In this document: positions 62,501 through 64,000 of the stretch, piece after piece | Position numbering within the stretch: the first letter of the stretch is position 1 | Layout of the letters: each line of letters starts with the position of its first letter | DNA from: Phoronis australis | Taxonomy: Eukaryota; Animalia; Phoronida | Reading direction: 5' to 3' | NCBI GenBank assembly: GCA_002633005.1 | Contig: NMRA01000678.1 | Coordinates: 146,142 to 210,141, forward strand | Length of the DNA: 64,000 nt | Made by a program: the position numbers and the translations under genes | Notes under the pieces: model-generated | What the model saw: only the letters and a program-made list of their open reading frames with translations | The model's database searches: none | What the model was told of the DNA's origin: nothing

Positions 62501-62586
62501 GACTCAGCAAAAATGAAACATGGCAGTTACTGAAACGGAAACTTCAGAAGGACTGCATGATTCTTTCATCCAATAACACACAGTTG
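59527..62586 (+). CDS. Secreted saposin-B-domain (SAPLIP) protein, first three coding exons; the rest was not found in the window
   Basis: Exon 59527-59596 encodes MHCHIQNALLVFFVLIYACVNSY(G), a signal peptide, with a phase-1 GTAAGT donor. Exon 61588-61634 encodes APLNHEPRHEKVGKD (atttcag|..|GTAAGT, phase 1 to 0). Exon 62452-62586 encodes GLVCYGCKTLIGVMKDRLSKNETWQLLKRKLQKDCMILSSNNTQL (|GTCAGT). CxxC, the NET sequon after helix 1 and the third Cys fit saposin-B spacing. Confidence 0.8.
60040..60590 (-). pseudogene. Decayed SGNH/GDSL-hydrolase-like ORF of retroelement type (as in DIRS or LINE ORF1), in saposin intron 1
   Basis: Frameshifted blocks in the expected order: CLIVG, GHMGW..L, PHVIILHAG-(YDL), LFSDCLVR. 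These recall WIVGDS / GMRW / PDVLVIHLGGNDL / IWSDILPR. Confidence 0.45.
61243..61400 (-). mobile_element. Possible LINE/SINE 3' tail
   Basis: Minus strand shows a GGTGGTCAGC..GCTGGCCACC stem-loop, then AATAAA, then a (TC)n/(TCCGTCCC) microsatellite tail. Confidence 0.4.
61922..62350 (-). pseudogene. Possible highly decayed LINE reverse-transcriptase fragment
   Basis: GLRLNSPFRKQ..CIKQIL recalls GFRxNRSTxDQIFxLxQI, and ISINKSEKLSSPFVIFQAVRRIDG recalls INGxxSxPFxIxxGVRQGD. Spacing is plausible but the match is weak. Confidence 0.3.
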
Positions 62587-62603
62587 GTCAGTATGGACAA
62601 CAT

Positions 62604-63130
62604 TATATGCACCCGCATAATGGGTATGTGGGTGCATTATCCAATCATCCACGTCCGTTTGTGCGTCTACTTTAATTGTATCTCCGTAGGTGCGGACGTG
62701 ATTGTGTTATGAATGAGGGAATTTCTAGTCAGACAGATTCAACTACCGCTGAGCCCCCTAGTGGCATTTTCTGCTGTTTTTGCATTAGCCTCCATATTTT
62801 CAGAGTTCCATGTTAGATTTTTGTGAAATTTGGCCTTTGGTTTGTATTAGGAAATGACGACACCACCCCACTTTGATGTGGATTGAATTTAGTCTGTGGC
62901 TCTGGTGACCATTTTTTATTTTTGTATCATCTGTCTGTTGGCATCCACCTCTCAAACAGCTTGAGGGATCATTACGAAATTTCTTAGATGTGTTCCTATT
63001 GAAATGAGCAAATCTGATTTTCAGACAGGTTGCGCCCTCTAGTGGTAATCTAGCTTTCCTTTACGTATACCCATATATTCACCTTGTTCTTTGATGGATT
63101 TTCATGAAGTTTGACAAAAAGGTTTCTATT
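62604..63130 (+). mobile_element. Diverged HINE-family copy directly after saposin exon 3
   Basis: ATGCACCCGCATA..TATGTGGGTGCAT hairpin, cgtccgt relic, and core units gccccctagtggca, tttgtgaaatttggc, gcgccctctagtgg and ttttcatgaagtttg. Confidence 0.7.
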
Positions 63131-63451
63131 AAACAACACATTTCTATTTTGTTAGATTCAATGCGGCCATTTTACTATGCTTGTGTTGTGCATTTTTATT
63201 TTGTGGATTGCAGCAGTTGCTGTTCTTTTATTGAGTACATCCTGTCTTCCTTCTTTAGGCTTGATAGGCCATTACAGTACACTAAGATTAAGGCCTGCAT
63301 ATCTAATATAATTCTCTGCGAGATTATTTAAAATATTACACCTGTTAAGCAAACCAAACAAAATAGCATCGGCATTCAGTATTATACGATGACCTGTAAA
63401 AGAAAAATATCTGCCAAGGGATTACCATAAATTTGGGTCACTGTGCAACAC

Positions 63452-63608
63452 CAGGCGTGCGTTCAGTAGACGCTAGGACCTACGCTAGGACCTAGCTAAA
63501 ACCTAGTCAAAGTCACGTGTTCTCATTTAAAATACACGGCAATATCTCACGTAATCTCTCGAAGTCTTGCTTTTTAGCGAGGTCCTAGCGTTACTGAACA
63601 GGAGGCTG
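63452..63608. mobile_element. Harbinger-like MITE
   Basis: Imperfect TIRs cag..gttcagtagacgctaggacct / aggtcctagcgttactgaac..ctg. Confidence 0.55.
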
Positions 63609-63925
63609 TACAAATGAAATGTGTCCTTGGCTTACTGCTTTTAAAAAGAAGAGAGACCGGAACCCAACAGTTCCATCTTCACAGACCTAAGCATTTGTGG
63701 TGAGAATGCGGTGAACCAACGTGGACAGAGACCATTTAAATTTTGCGTCAATCGAGAAATTAGTAGAAAAAAACTGTATGCTTATATCCAACAACCGACG
63801 TCTAGAGTGGGCCCTTTATCTTAACAATTCTATTTTGTTTTTTGAGGAAAGTTTCAGTATGATTAATGTCATGTCGTTTCTTAAAGGGACAATAAACAAA
63901 CGATCTGTGTCAAAAGCCAGATTTT

Positions 63926-64000
63926 TATTATGGGCAGTTAGTATTGTATAATTAGTGCAGTCTTGTTCCTTATTATGGGCAGTTAGTATTGTATAATTAG
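63926..64000. repeat. Direct repeat at the window end
   Basis: ttattatgggcagttagtattgtataattag occurs twice, about 44 bp apart. Confidence 0.85.

Noticed and set aside
62690-62760. Possible saposin exon 4 after tctccgtag
   Set aside because: Wrong phase for exon 3 and lies inside a HINE-like repeat.

Overview
Eukaryotic (invertebrate animal, probably spiralian) genomic DNA, AT-rich, with spliceosomal GT-AG introns; there are no prokaryotic operons or CRISPR arrays. Four protein-coding genes can be rebuilt by hand, three of them missed or only partly captured by the ORF track. (1) A 5-exon, 199-aa RING-HC + TRAF-type zinc-finger E3 ligase (+, 2942-6336). (2) An innexin with a single coding exon (-, 13300-14508, 402 aa). 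(3) A 7-exon, 286-aa eight-cysteine tetraspanin, TSPAN15-like (-, 35603-59394). (4) The 5' part of a secreted saposin-B-domain protein (+, 59527 to beyond 62586). Genes 3 and 4 are head-to-head with only 132 bp between start codons, and that gap holds CLEAR/E-box and M-box motifs. Two apparent tandem duplications (5212-7809/8123-10745 and 31994-32541/32543-33007) each meet at a single N and look like uncollapsed haplotypes. The rest is a mosaic of non-autonomous elements: a Helentron/HINE-like family carrying a CTCF-consensus motif, hAT-like MITEs with 5- and 8-bp TSDs, Kolobok- and Harbinger-like MITEs, fold-backs, a Penelope-like remnant with a hammerhead-ribozyme core, a SINE relic and decayed retroelement ORFs. 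All family assignments rest on motif recognition by eye; no database search was run.
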